From Octopus bimaculoides (taxonomy: Eukaryota), in the NCBI RefSeq assembly GCF_001194135.2, contig NC_068982.1, forward strand, positions 136,883,988 to 136,925,792: 41,805 bases of DNA. The letters are read 5' to 3'. A model generated the notes under the pieces. The model made no database searches, was not told where the DNA came from, and saw only the letters and a program-made list of their open reading frames with translations. Positions within the stretch are counted from its first letter, which is position 1. Each line of letters opens with the position of its first letter. The position numbers and the translations under genes were made by a program. Shown piece by piece: positions 23,180 to 35,235 of the stretch.

Positions 23180-23412
23180 GGCGGCGAGCTGGCAGGATCG
23201 TTAGCACGCCGGGCGAAATGCTTAGCGGTATTTCGTCTGTCTTTACGTTCTGAGTTCAAATTCCGCCGATGTCGACTTTGCCTTTCATCCTTTCGGGGTC
23301 GATTAAAAAAGTACCAGTTACGCACTGGGGTCGATGTAATCGACTTAATCCCTTTGTTTGTCCTTGTTTGTCCTCTCTATGTTTAGCCCCCTGTGGGCAA
23401 TAAAGAAATATA
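23180..23412 (+). mobile_element. SINE family B free left monomer with perfect 16-bp TSD
   Basis: TATCCTTGGATGTATA at 23164-23179 and 23413-23428; body ends in GTGGGCAATAAAGAAATA. Confidence 0.95.
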
Positions 23413-25033
23413 TATCCTTGGATGTATAGAGTCAGAGTGAAGAAAATTTAAAAGAAATTTAAAATAGCTTTTATTTGATAATATTTATGCTTCCATTGGT
23501 CAATTCAAAGTACAATAGTCCGCGACAAGTTTTTCATTATATTTACCCCAGGGTAGAGCACACAGTCTTGAAATAAAATTCTTACGTGAACATTTCACAG
23601 AGTGACAACGTTGTGTTCATTTGGCTAACTGTGTTCAGAATCTATACAAGAGGGGGTTTCAAGTTGTGCTTCTATACCCTGGTGATTTATGGGCTTTCGT
23701 TTTGATAATGTCAAAATGATATATTCTGATATATTTCCAATGCATTTCATGGAGGACACTTTCGTGGAATACAAATTTTCTATTGAGCCAATCGCTGATT
23801 CACAACACACATACATCTATATACATACACACATATGTATGTATGTGTGTGTGTATGTGCGTATGTGTGTATGTATACACACACACACACAAACACACTC
23901 ACACACTGTTGTTCTGTCAGCAGAATTCTACCCAAAGGTAATTCGTTAAATCAATTCTATTATAGTAGACACATTTCCCAAGATTCCATGCAATAGAATC
24001 TTGGAAAAGTGCCTTCTACAATAGACATCTACCCAAAGCTGAATAACTGCAGAGTGAACTTCTTCACCAGCCATCCAAGTCTATTCACGAGAGAGACTAG
24101 CAAATCTGTTACATCACTGCTTCTTACAAAAAAAAATACACAATAACGTTGTGTTGACGCAGTAGACTAATTAATCATACGGACATAACTCCAGGAATAA
24201 CAACCAATTTATTTTTTACACTATTATTTCAAAAATAGAAAAAAAAGTCACGACTAACATATTAGCAGCTCTCAAGTCAGTATTGTTTTGTTGACATAAA
24301 CTACTTAAAGATTCACAATTCACAACCAATAATTTTCTGAATTGAAACGGGAGGAGAAAAAAATTTAAAACTGACAATAACGTAAAGACGAAAAAAAATA
24401 ATTATCACTTTTGAAGATTTGTAAACCTGACTGATAAACGGATCATAAAATCTCTTCAGTTTTATAGCTTCAATTTTAGCAGTTTCAGCTGTAAACAATT
24501 AGAAAAGACAATGAAGTGATAGCAAATATTATGTACAAAATAGCAATTACTTTTGAAACAAGATGATCAATAATGATAACCGAGGAACAATATATTCTAG
24601 TAGTGGAACAGCAATCAAAATACACACACACACACATATGTACAGTCATATACAAACGTTTAGATGATAACTAGAAAAAATATCTGAAAAACGTTGCGAG
24701 AGATGTTATAAGCCATAAATAGACCTAAACAATAGAACGGATGACTTTCAGTGTTAAGTATCGGCTTCATTATAATGTGTGTTTAAACAGAAGACAGTTT
24801 TAAAACAAAGCATTTCTTTTAATCATACTTTATTATTAAGCGAGCTTTATTTATAAAGGCTACTAAAAAAATGTTTGAACTGAAGAAATTACGAAGACAT
24901 TGGTCATAGATATAGATATTATCAGTGACTTCGTTTTTAATCAGGTTAATTTTATTGAGTGGAGAGAATAGCTAAGTCAGTGAAGTGGGTTTAAAGGTTG
25001 ATCTAAAATTCAAGATCTCAAACTTGATATTCT

Positions 25034-25460
25034 TTTCTACTCTAGGCACAAGGCCCAACATTTTTGGGGAGGGGTGCAGTGGATTGGATCGACCTCAACA
25101 CGCGACTGGTATTTAAGTTATCGACTCCGAAAAGATGAAAGACAAAGTCGACCTCGGGGGAATTTGAACTCAAAACATAAAGACAGATGAGATACCGCTA
25201 AGCATTTCGCTCAGCGTGCTAACGTTTCTTATTTCTTTATTGCCCACAAGGGGCTAAACAAAGAGGGGACAAACAAGGACAGACAAAGGGATTAAGTCGA
25301 TTACATCGATCCCAGTGCGTAACTGGTACTTAATTTAACGACCCCGAAAGGATGAAAGGCAAAGTCGACCTCGGAGGAATTTGAACTCAGAACGTAACGG
25401 CAGACGAAATACCGCTAAGAATTTCGCCCGGCGTGCTAACGTTTCTGCCTGCTCACCGCC
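25034..25460 (-). mobile_element. SINE family B heterodimer with 15-bp TSD
   Basis: CAAACTTGATATTCT at 25019-25033 and 25464-25478; monomer junction near 25226. Confidence 0.95.
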
Positions 25461-25577
25461 TTACAAACTTGATATTCTAAAACATTCAAGCTCTGGTATT
25501 TTGCTATTCCGTCCTAAAGCCATTAAGTAAAATCTCAGCTCAGTTATTCTTCCTGTTAATATAAGAAAGGATATAAT

Positions 25578-25790
25578 GCCGGCGAGCTGGCAGAATCGGT
25601 AGCACGCTGGAGGAAACGCTTAACGGCATTTCGTCCGTCTTTACGTCCTGAGCTCAGATTCCGCTGAAGTCGACTTTGCCTTTCGCTCTTTTGGGGTCGA
25701 TAAAGTAAGTACCAGCTGAGCATTGCAGTCGATGCATTCGACGTTTCTTCTCCCCTCAAATTTCAGGCCTTGTGCCTACAGTAGAAATGC
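25578..25790 (+). mobile_element. SINE family B monomer (right-type tail)
   Basis: Complete head GGCGAGCTGGCAGAATCGG; tail AAATTTCAGGCCTTGTGCCTACAGTAGAA. Confidence 0.88.
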
Positions 25791-25940
25791 GTATTAGAGA
25801 GGATATAAAGCGGGGAGCTGATAGAATTGTTAGCATGTTAAAAGAGAAAATAGAACAATATCTTCCATATATATGTACATACATGCATATATGTATATAT
25901 ATATATATATGCAAATATGTAATACACTCACACACTTTCA

Positions 25941-26110
25941 TTCTTTTTTATTTTACTTGTTTCAGTCATTTGACTGCGTCCATGCTGGAACGCCGCCTTT
26001 GGTCGAACAAATCGACCCCAGGCCTTATTCTTTGTAAGCCGAGTACTTATTCTATCGCTCTATTTTGCCGAACCACTAAGTTACGGGGACGGACATAAAC
26101 ACACCAACAT
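25941..26110 (-). mobile_element. SINE family A, 3' part
   Basis: TTTTACTTGTTTCAGTCATTTGACTGCG..AAGTTACGGGGACG. Confidence 0.88.
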
Positions 26111-26126
26111 ACATACGCGCGCGCGC

Positions 26127-26170
<44 letters not shown>

Positions 26171-26733
26171 NNNNNNNNNNNNNNNNNNNNNNNNNNNNNN
26201 NNNNNNNNNNNNNNNNNNNNNNNNNNNNNNNNNNNNNNNNNNNNNNNNNNNNNNNNNNNNNNNNNNNNNNNNNNNNNNNNNNNNNNNNNNNNNNNNNNNN
26301 NNNNNNNNNNNNNNNNNNNNNNNNNNNNNNNNNNNNNNNNNNNNNNNNNNNNNNNNNNNNNNNNNNNNNNNNNNNNNNNNNNNNNNNNNNNNNNNNNNNN
26401 NNNNNNNNNNNNNNNNNNNNNNNNNNNNNNNNNNNNNNNNNNNNNNNNNNNNNNNNNNNNNNNNNNNNNNNNNNNNNNNNNNNNNNNNNNNNNNNNNNNN
26501 NNNNNNNNNNNNNNNNNNNNNNNNNNNNNNNNNNNNNNNNNNNNNNNNNNNNNNNNNNNNNNNNNNNNNNNNNNNNNNNNNNNNNNNNNNNNNNNNNNNN
26601 NNNNNNNNNNNNNNNNNNNNNNNNNNNNNNNNNNNNNNNNNNNNNNNNNNNNNNNNNNNNNNNNNNNNNNNNNNNNNNNNNNNNNNNNNNNNNNNNNNNN
26701 NNNNNNNNNNNNNNNNNNNNNNNNGTGTGTGTG

Positions 26734-27151
26734 TAGGCGTAGGAGTGACTGTGTGGTAAGTAGCTTGCTTACGAACCACATGGTTCCGGATTCAGTCGAA
26801 CTGCGTGGCACCTTGGGCAAGTGTCTACTACTATAGCCTCAAACCGACTAAAGCCCGAGGCTATAGTAGATAGCCATGAGTGGATTTGGTAGAGGGAAAC
26901 TGAAAGAAGCCCGTCGTCTATATGTATATGTGTGTATGTGTTTGTGTGTCTGTGTCCCCCCCCCAACATCGCTTGACAACCGATGCTGGTGTGTTTACGT
27001 CCCCGTAACTTAGCGGTTCGGCAAAATAGAACGATAGAGTAAGTACTAGGCTTACATAGAATAAGTTGTGGGGTCGATTTGCTCGACTAAAGGCGGTACT
27101 CCACCATGGCCACAGTCAAATGACTGAAACAAGTTAAAGAGAGTAAAAGAG

Positions 27152-27152
<1 letters not shown>
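26734..27152 (+). mobile_element. SINE family A, full length
   Basis: GGCGTAGGAGTGACTGTGTGGTAAG head, GGCACCTTGGGCAAGTGTC CORE-like segment, internal microsatellite, GTAAAAGAG tail running into (AGAT)n. Confidence 0.92.
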
Positions 27153-27216
<64 letters not shown>

Positions 27217-27240
27217 GGATAGATAGATAGATATAGATGT
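27151..27240. repeat. (AGAT)n microsatellite at a SINE tail
   Basis: Direct reading. Confidence 0.95.
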
Positions 27241-27546
27241 ATATCTGTAAATATATTAGTGTATTCATGTGGGTATGTATGTTTTCTTGAAAATGCTTTC
27301 AAAGCCTTCATGAACTTCATTCCTGTTTGCGTAGAATTTTATCTTATATCCTCATAATCAACATCTCATGTGAATGGTAAATAAGCGAAATGCGATGTGT
27401 ACGGTCAAATCCGTGCTAAAGCATTTGAGGTGTGTTCGAACTCATTGCTCAAGGGTTGATAGTCAACGTACTTTATGTACCCACAATGTCTCTTCACTTC
27501 TACCCCCTCTTTGCAGATAGATATGAATCATTATAAGCGTAATAAA

Positions 27547-27765
27547 GGCGTCAAACTGGCAGAAACGTTAGTACGCCGGACCAAATGCTTAGCGGCATTT
27601 CGACCGTCTTTACGGTCTGAGTTAAAATTCTACCGAGGTCGACTTTGCCTTTCATATTTCTGAGGTCGATGAAATAAGTACCAGTTGAGTACTGGAGTCG
27701 ATGTACTCGACTAATCCCCTCGTCCAAAAATTTCAGGCCTCCTGCCTACAGTAGATAGGATTATT
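27547..27765 (+). mobile_element. SINE family B monomer
   Basis: Head, GGTCGACTTTGCCTTTCAT body, AAATTTCAGGCC tail. Confidence 0.85.
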
Positions 27766-28562
27766 ATAAAGGCAATAAATAAGAAAATCTTGGATTTTTC
27801 CAGGACAAGATCGACAACCAAGAAAAGATAAATAAATAAAATTTTGACATCTCTAAAACTTCCCGAAAGCTAATGGTACACTTGAATGTATTAGGTGAGC
27901 GTCATCTGATAACCTTTTCCCATTAAATCGTTATCATTTCCGATAAAGCTTTCTTTTCATTCTTCTTTATCTGTCAGATGTGGAAACAGCATCTAAGGAT
28001 ATCTCTTCTAATAAAACATCTTGGTTTCGTTTAAGCCAACATTTTCTAAGGACCAACTACAGTCATTTTTACTTAATCACACTATGGAATACATCGAATG
28101 CTGTCATGAGACATTCCGTTATTTTTTTTTTCTTTTAACAATCTTTTGTGTCAGTTTTATTTGATAAAAATGATATATGATATTTCGTACATATTACTGT
28201 CATTTTCTTCTCGTTGGATCCATGGTAATCTTTACAAAACACTTACGTCCACAGATGCCAGATGACAATCAATGCGCGTTTGACACAGCACACAAAATCT
28301 AATAACGTTTGCTCTGCTTCAATGTATGTGTTATGTACCCGCTGATTCACACACTTTCTTTTTTGTATTAGAACCTGATGGAAAGCTAAGGAAGATGATA
28401 TAATGCACGTAATAGATTTATGTTTATCTAGGTACATAGGCACTTTATTTAGAGGAAACAGAATATGGTATATTCTGGAAAAGTCTCTGTCTTCCCAAAT
28501 GGCAACTGAAATTGGTCTGCGGTTCCTCTTCGCTTGCAGTATAAGCTTACATAGGACAGTAA

Positions 28563-28680
28563 CACGGTGAGCTTACAGAATCGTTAGCTCTCCGAGCAAA
28601 ACGTTTAGCCTAATTTCGTCTGCCTTTGCGTTCTGAATTCGAATTCCGCCGAGATTGACTTTGTCTTTTATTTTTTTCAT
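28563..28680 (+). mobile_element. SINE family B 5' fragment
   Basis: CAGAATCGTTAGC..GTTCTGAATTCGAATTCCGCCGAGATTGACTTTG; truncated by (TA)n and a gap. Confidence 0.75.
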
Positions 28681-28726
28681 ATCTATATATATATATTTAT
28701 AAACATACATACATATATATATATAA

Positions 28727-28765
<39 letters not shown>

Positions 28766-29329
28766 NNNNNNNNNNNNNNNNNNNNNNNNNNNNNNNNNNN
28801 NNNNNNNNNNNNNNNNNNNNNNNNNNNNNNNNNNNNNNNNNNNNNNNNNNNNNNNNNNNNNNNNNNNNNNNNNNNNNNNNNNNNNNNNNNNNNNNNNNNN
28901 NNNNNNNNNNNNNNNNNNNNNNNNNNNNNNNNNNNNNNNNNNNNNNNNNNNNNNNNNNNNNNNNNNNNNNNNNNNNNNNNNNNNNNNNNNNNNNNNNNNN
29001 NNNNNNNNNNNNNNNNNNNNNNNNNNNNNNNNNNNNNNNNNNNNNNNNNNNNNNNNNNNNNNNNNNNNNNNNNNNNNNNNNNNNNNNNNNNNNNNNNNNN
29101 NNNNNNNNNNNNNNNNNNNNNNNNNNNNNNNNNNNNNNNNNNNNNNNNNNNNNNNNNNNNNNNNNNNNNNNNNNNNNNNNNNNNNNNNNNNNNNNNNNNN
29201 NNNNNNNNNNNNNNNNNNNNNNNNNNNNNNNNNNNNNNNNNNNNNNNNNNNNNNNNNNNNNNNNNNNNNNNNNNNNNNNNNNNNNNNNNNNNNNNNNNNN
29301 NNNNNNNNNNNNNNNNNNNNNNNNNATAT

Positions 29330-29385
<56 letters not shown>

Positions 29386-30300
29386 GTGCGCGCGCGTTTT
29401 TGTGTGTGGGGGGTGTATTTATTTATGTTTATCTTTGTGTATATATGTTTGTATCTATATATTTGTATATAAGTAAGTGCATGCAAGGATATACGGCGGG
29501 GAGGGAAATTCACTTCTCAACTACAAGCTGCCAGGTTTAACGGTAGGAGGAGAGGAGGAAGACATGAGTGGGAGGAGAATGGTTACAGTCTTTATTTTGG
29601 CAGTTGTTGATATCACTTTAGAAAGATTATGAGGCAAAAAAAACTTGTTGCTGCATCTTTACATTAAAGGTATTTATCATGAGAAGTGAGTTAATTTGAA
29701 ATCAAACGAAAAATAAGATTAATCGTTTCCACAAAGATATGTGACAGATTGTCACCTTATAGAAACGAAAAGCTAGGTGAGAACAGAGTTTAGAGAAACC
29801 ACTTTCCTTTGTTCTTTGATATAAAACATACATGTGAAGAAGCAAGATGTGGGGATAATAGGACTTGACAATTAAATCAAGCTAAATTTTTAGCGTTTTA
29901 TTAGGTCAAAAGTCAAAAGCAATATTAAATAATTACCCCCCAGAGACAACAGGAGGCAGATTGTATATTGACAAAAGTTAAGACTTACATTATCGATAGA
30001 TATGTAAGAGAGAAGAGTGAGAAAATAAGGTAGAAAAAATGAATCTTAGATTAAGAAACTAAGGTAAGTAAATTAATACCGAAGAAACTGAGAGTACAGA
30101 TGTGTATATGTAAGTATAACGATAGAATAGTTAAGTTTAATAAGAAGGACAGTCATAACAATGAACAGAGTATACTAGATAACAGGGGAAAACACCTAAG
30201 AGCCAAGTAAGGACATAGGAGAGAGTTAAGGGTAGGAATTGTGAACACTTGGAAAATAACCGTAGAAACCAACTAATAAGGGGGTTGGTTGTGATTTTAA

Positions 30301-30505
30301 AGAATAAGAAACGTTATCACGTCGAGCGTAATGCTTAGTGGTATTTCGTCTGTTTTTTTACGTTCTGAGTTCAAATCCCACCGAGGTCGACTTTGCCTTT
30401 CATCCTTTTGGGGTCGATAAATTGAGTAGCAGTTGCGTACTGGGGTCGATCTAATCGACTGGCCCCCTCCCTAAGAATTTCGTGCCTTGTACCAAGATTA
30501 GCAAA
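30301..30505 (+). mobile_element. SINE family B dimer, 5'-truncated to the right monomer
   Basis: Begins with the dimer linker AAGAATAAGAAACGTTA rather than a complete head. Confidence 0.85.
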
Positions 30506-31987
30506 GAATAATTAGAGTACTCGGTTTTGTAAGTAAATGCCTGTCAGTCAGGATAAGCCAGGCTTTTCAGAAAAACAAACCAACCAACTGACTCGCACAT
30601 TACAAATACAATCTATAAGCAGAACAATAAAACTATGCAAGACTTTTCTCAGGTTAAAAATGTGGCATTGTTTTTCTTATCTACATACTAAATATAGAAC
30701 TTTGTATCTTTGTTAGAAACCAGCTCCTTCTTTTGAGCATGAATTTAAATGATTGAATACAGAACTGACATACATATATAGGTTTGTTTGTGTGTGCGTA
30801 TGCTCATGTGTATATGTACCCTTAACCTAAATACACTTGTGTGCATATAATGTAGTCTTCTCCAAACCTACATTAATAGTTATGTACATGTATATATGCG
30901 TGCATACACATATACTTATGTGTATGTACGTACATCGCCGCGCAGACATTCATTCATCCGTATATACTTTTCCGATGAATTACCAATATAATATATGCTT
31001 AGATCTAATGAGCAAGATCATATTATCTAGTTATTTATGCCCCAATAATTAAGATCTTAATTTACTATATGCTTTCGTTTTGTAGATAAATTACTGCTGC
31101 TTAGTAACTGCGACCTGTCAATCAATTTTCTTGCAGTTATTACTATAGAAACAATTATTCGAAAGCATTTTGTTTACACGATATTACGCATTTCCTTATC
31201 AACTAAGTGTTTTGAACATCTCTATTGTACAAAGTATGCAATCATGTTTTCTTATTTCCAGTGTTTGCATGAGTTGCGGCTATGATACTCTATTGCTTTT
31301 AGATAGTAGACCCCATATATTCTGTGACTGTTGTTGTCATGCATAATTTCCTCTAATAATAAGTGTTAATGCATAGTATTAACACTTAATACCATGCATT
31401 AACCTAAAGCGGTACTTAAGCGTATTAGATGTAGAACCAATGTAACATCTACTATTATCTCGCGTTATACAGTGCACAATAAGTTCTTACCTTAATGGAG
31501 ACAATTAGTAGTTAATCTACAGTTACAGGTTTGTGGTTTCCTAGTTGAGAAATCCATGGTTATTAGAGTAGTGTAATTTATAGATTAGGTTTCAAGGGTC
31601 AGTTGTAGATAAGACTAAATTTTAATAACTCATCTGTCATATTTTACAGTCATTAGAGTGAAGTGTATTTGAGGCGTTTAGTTACAGAGTGCTGTAAGCG
31701 CCAACCCGGCCATTTTTGAGGTTCGTATATCATTTTCTTTATCTCGACGTCTAGAATCCGAAAAAGATGGGAGGAAGAACCGGTGAGGCATGCAATAAGG
31801 TCGAAACCCTGGCTGAAAAAAATTGTACCTCGATGCTATTGACATGACGCTCGCTCACCTAAATTCGAACCAGAGAGCTTAGTAACACACCATCGTAAGC
31901 ACACTCGGTCAATCAATAACTTTGGTGTGGTCCCTGTATCGTTTTTCGAGGTGTATGGCTCATTTTCCAATATTCCTCGTTACCATC

Positions 31988-32095
31988 GTGGAGGAGGATA
32001 TGTGGAGGAGGTGGATATGTGGAGGAGGTGGATAGGTGGATAGGTGGAGTAGGTGGAGGTGGAGGTGGAGGAGGTAAAGGAGGTGGGGGAAGTAG

Positions 32096-32128
<33 letters not shown>

Positions 32129-32206
32129 AAGAAGAAGAAGAAGAAGAAGAAGAAGAAGAAGAAGAAATGGAGGTGGAAGAAGAAATGGAGGTGGAAGAGG
32201 AGGAAA
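31988..32206. repeat. (GGA/GGT)n-(GAA)n purine-rich compound tract
   Basis: Direct reading; essentially no C on the plus strand for about 215 nt. Confidence 0.95.
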
Positions 32207-32289
32207 TCGTAGATATTAAGACCAGCAATCTTAACAAAGTTAAAATTGATTAATTAGCATGTAAAAGATATCGCTGGTCAATAACCAGT

Positions 32290-32790
32290 TCTGTGAGGTC
32301 AGGAGAAGAGCCGAGAACATATCATAGGGAACCTGACATGTCAACAGCAAATGTCAACTGAATGTTGCCAATTTTCTGGTCACTGGGCAACTGCCAATGT
32401 TTAGGTTACAATAAAGCATCAAATTCTTTCATTCAAATTCTTTGAAGTTAGTTATAATAATCTTGAGATCAATTTCGCGATCTGTCAGAAAGCTGGCATA
32501 GAATGAGAAACTTTTCACAGATGAGATTTCATCTGCTGCCAATTATTCAGTTGCCCCTGCTGATGAGTAAGAGCGGTGTGAATTTAACCTAATTTCAGCA
32601 AGATATTTCACCACAGATTCTTGTGTAAATTGGCTGTTTTTGAAAGATAAATTCCATTACTTCATTGTCACACAGTGTACACTGGCATTTATCTCGATCG
32701 TTCACATCGTTACGCAGTCGATAACATGTTTCCCTCAAGATTAAGATATCTGTAGAAGGATTTTAACCTCGAAGTGAAAGCTGAAGAAAA
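32290..32790 (-). mobile_element. Possible decayed LINE apurinic-endonuclease domain
   Basis: DILILRET (cf. DI..LQET), LKIIITNF (cf. II.GDFN) and GSSPDL occur in the expected order across frames, with many stops. Confidence 0.35.
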
Positions 32791-32910
32791 TACATGTCAG
32801 TTAACAACAACGAACTTTCTATTAATTCAACCAGCTAGAAATACCAGCCAAATCTATATTAATTTATATATGTCATAAAAGAACAAATTAAATAATCTAG
32901 TCTTTAAAAA

Positions 32911-33287
32911 GGAGGCGCAATGGCCCAGTGGTTAGGACAGTGGACTTGCGGTCATAGGATCGTGGTTTCGATTCCCAGACCGGGCGTTGTGAGCGTTTAT
33001 TGAGCGAAAACACCTAAAGCTCCACGAGGCTCCGGCAGGGGATAGTGGCGAACGCTGCTGTACTCTTCCACCACAACTTCCTTTCACTCTTACTTCCTGT
33101 TTCTGTTGTGCCTGTAATTCAAAGGGTCAGCCTTGTCACACCGAATATCCCCGAGAACTACGTTAAGGGTACATGTGTCTGTGGAGAGCTCAGCCATTTG
33201 CACGTTAATTTCACGAGCAGGCTGTTCCGTTGATCAAATTAACTGGAACCCTCGACGTCGTAAGCGACGGAGTGCCAACAAAAACAT
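32911..33287 (+). mobile_element. SINE family C variant (different middle body), full length with TSD
   Basis: A box TGGCCCAGTGG, B box GGTTTCGATTCC, same 3' part as the 12438 copy; 11-bp TSD GTCTTTAAAAA at 32900-32910 and 33288-33298. Confidence 0.9.
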
Positions 33288-34187
33288 GTCTTTAAAAAAT
33301 CTGGTAGGACAGTCATGGTAGGAACAGTTTTTGATATATGTTTGTTTGTACTTAACGCTAAGCAATAAAAACTACCAATAACCATCTATTCGCTGTTCCT
33401 TCTATGATAAGCAGGACTTACAGCTAGACAGATAGAGACATGGACATAATTTACTGTCAAGTGATGTGATATGAGCTGTAAACACTTTGTTTTAGCAGGT
33501 CGATATATGACTTGGCAAGATATAGATCATTATTATCTCCCCATTAGAGTATTTTAAACTCAAAATTAAATGAAAGCTCTTTAGCTATCGCCTTAAGCTA
33601 TTTTCGGATGTAATATATTGTGCTGTGGGAAAAAATAATGCCAAATCAATAGTTATCAGCATGCATAATATGTATTCTCATCACTCACAAATCCTTATCA
33701 ATCCTGCATGTATATTTGGCACCACAAAAAATCATTTTACTGAAATTCGCCTAGCATCAAGTATCAGAGTTTCATAGAGCAAAATATAGAAATACGTCCA
33801 AGCAAACAATGACTTGAGGTTATTGACTTTCGTTACTTGTCGTATAATATCTATCTTATAATAACTAGATTCGAAACGTAGCATTTTAATTGCTCTTTTG
33901 AGCCCATCGAACAGTTTGAATAGAATGTACATATTAACTTTCACAGACACATTCAATTCTTCAATCGAAAACTGTTTTGAATATTTGATGTGTGGTCATG
34001 TCGGTGTGTTGTACGTGTGATACGAAAGTGTGCGCCAGCTTTCATGTCTAACATGTATAAGCACTAGTCTGTGAATAACTGTCACTAAGTTTTATACATA
34101 CACAAGCCTTATACAGATAGACAGGGATACATATATACACACATGTATACGTATATATACAGTATTTATAACACATACATACGTACA

Positions 34188-34219
<32 letters not shown>

Positions 34220-35191
34220 NNNNNNNNNNNNNNNNNNNNNNNNNNNNNNNNNNNNNNNNNNNNNNNNNNNNNNNNNNNNNNNNNNNNNNNNNNNNNNNNN
34301 NNNNNNNNNNNNNNNNNNNNNNNNNNNNNNNNNNNNNNNNNNNNNNNNNNNNNNNNNNNNNNNNNNNNNNNNNNNNNNNNNNNNNNNNNNNNNNNNNNNN
34401 NNNNNNNNNNNNNNNNNNNNNNNNNNNNNNNNNNNNNNNNNNNNNNNNNNNNNNNNNNNNNNNNNNNNNNNNNNNNNNNNNNNNNNNNNNNNNNNNNNNN
34501 NNNNNNNNNNNNNNNNNNNNNNNNNNNNNNNNNNNNNNNNNNNNNNNNNNNNNNNNNNNNNNNNNNNNNNNNNNNNNNNNNNNNNNNNNNNNNNNNNNNN
34601 NNNNNNNNNNNNNNNNNNNNNNNNNNNNNNNNNNNNNNNNNNNNNNNNNNNNNNNNNNNNNNNNNNNNNNNNNNNNNNNNNNNNNNNNNNNNNNNNNNNN
34701 NNNNNNNNNNNNNNNNNNNNNNNNNNNNNNNNNNNNNNNNNNNNNNNNNNNNNNNNNNNNNNNNNNNNNNNNNNNNNNNNNNNNNNNNNNNNNNNNNNNN
34801 NNNNNNNNNNNNNNNNNNNNNNNNNNNNNNNNNNNNNNNNNNNNNNNNNNNNNNNNNNNNNNNNNNNNNNNNNNNNNNNNNNNNNNNNNNNNNNNNNNNN
34901 NNNNNNNNNNNNNNNNNNNNNNNNNNNNNNNNNNNNNNNNNNNNNNNNNNNNNNNNNNNNNNNNNNNNNNNNNNNNNNNNNNNNNNNNNNNNNNNNNNNN
35001 NNNNNNNNNNNNNNNNNNNNNNNNNNNNNNNNNNNNNNNNNNNNNNNNNNNNNNNNNNNNNNNNNNNNNNNNNNNNNNNNNNNNNNNNNNNNNNNNNNNN
35101 NNNNNNNNNNNNNNNNNNNNNNNNNNNNNNNNNNNNNNNNNNNNNNNNNNNNNNNNNNNNNNNNNNNNNNNNNNNNNNNNNNNNNNNNNNN

Positions 35192-35228
<37 letters not shown>

Positions 35229-35235
35229 CATATAG

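Noticed and set aside
27978-28138. Strong plus-strand acceptor followed by about 52 open codons
   Set aside because: No convincing donor; the frame ends in a T-run stop; nothing recognisable.
29560-30290. Purine-skewed block resembling a LINE ORF2 3' region
   Set aside because: No motif could be recovered in any frame; strand skew alone is insufficient.
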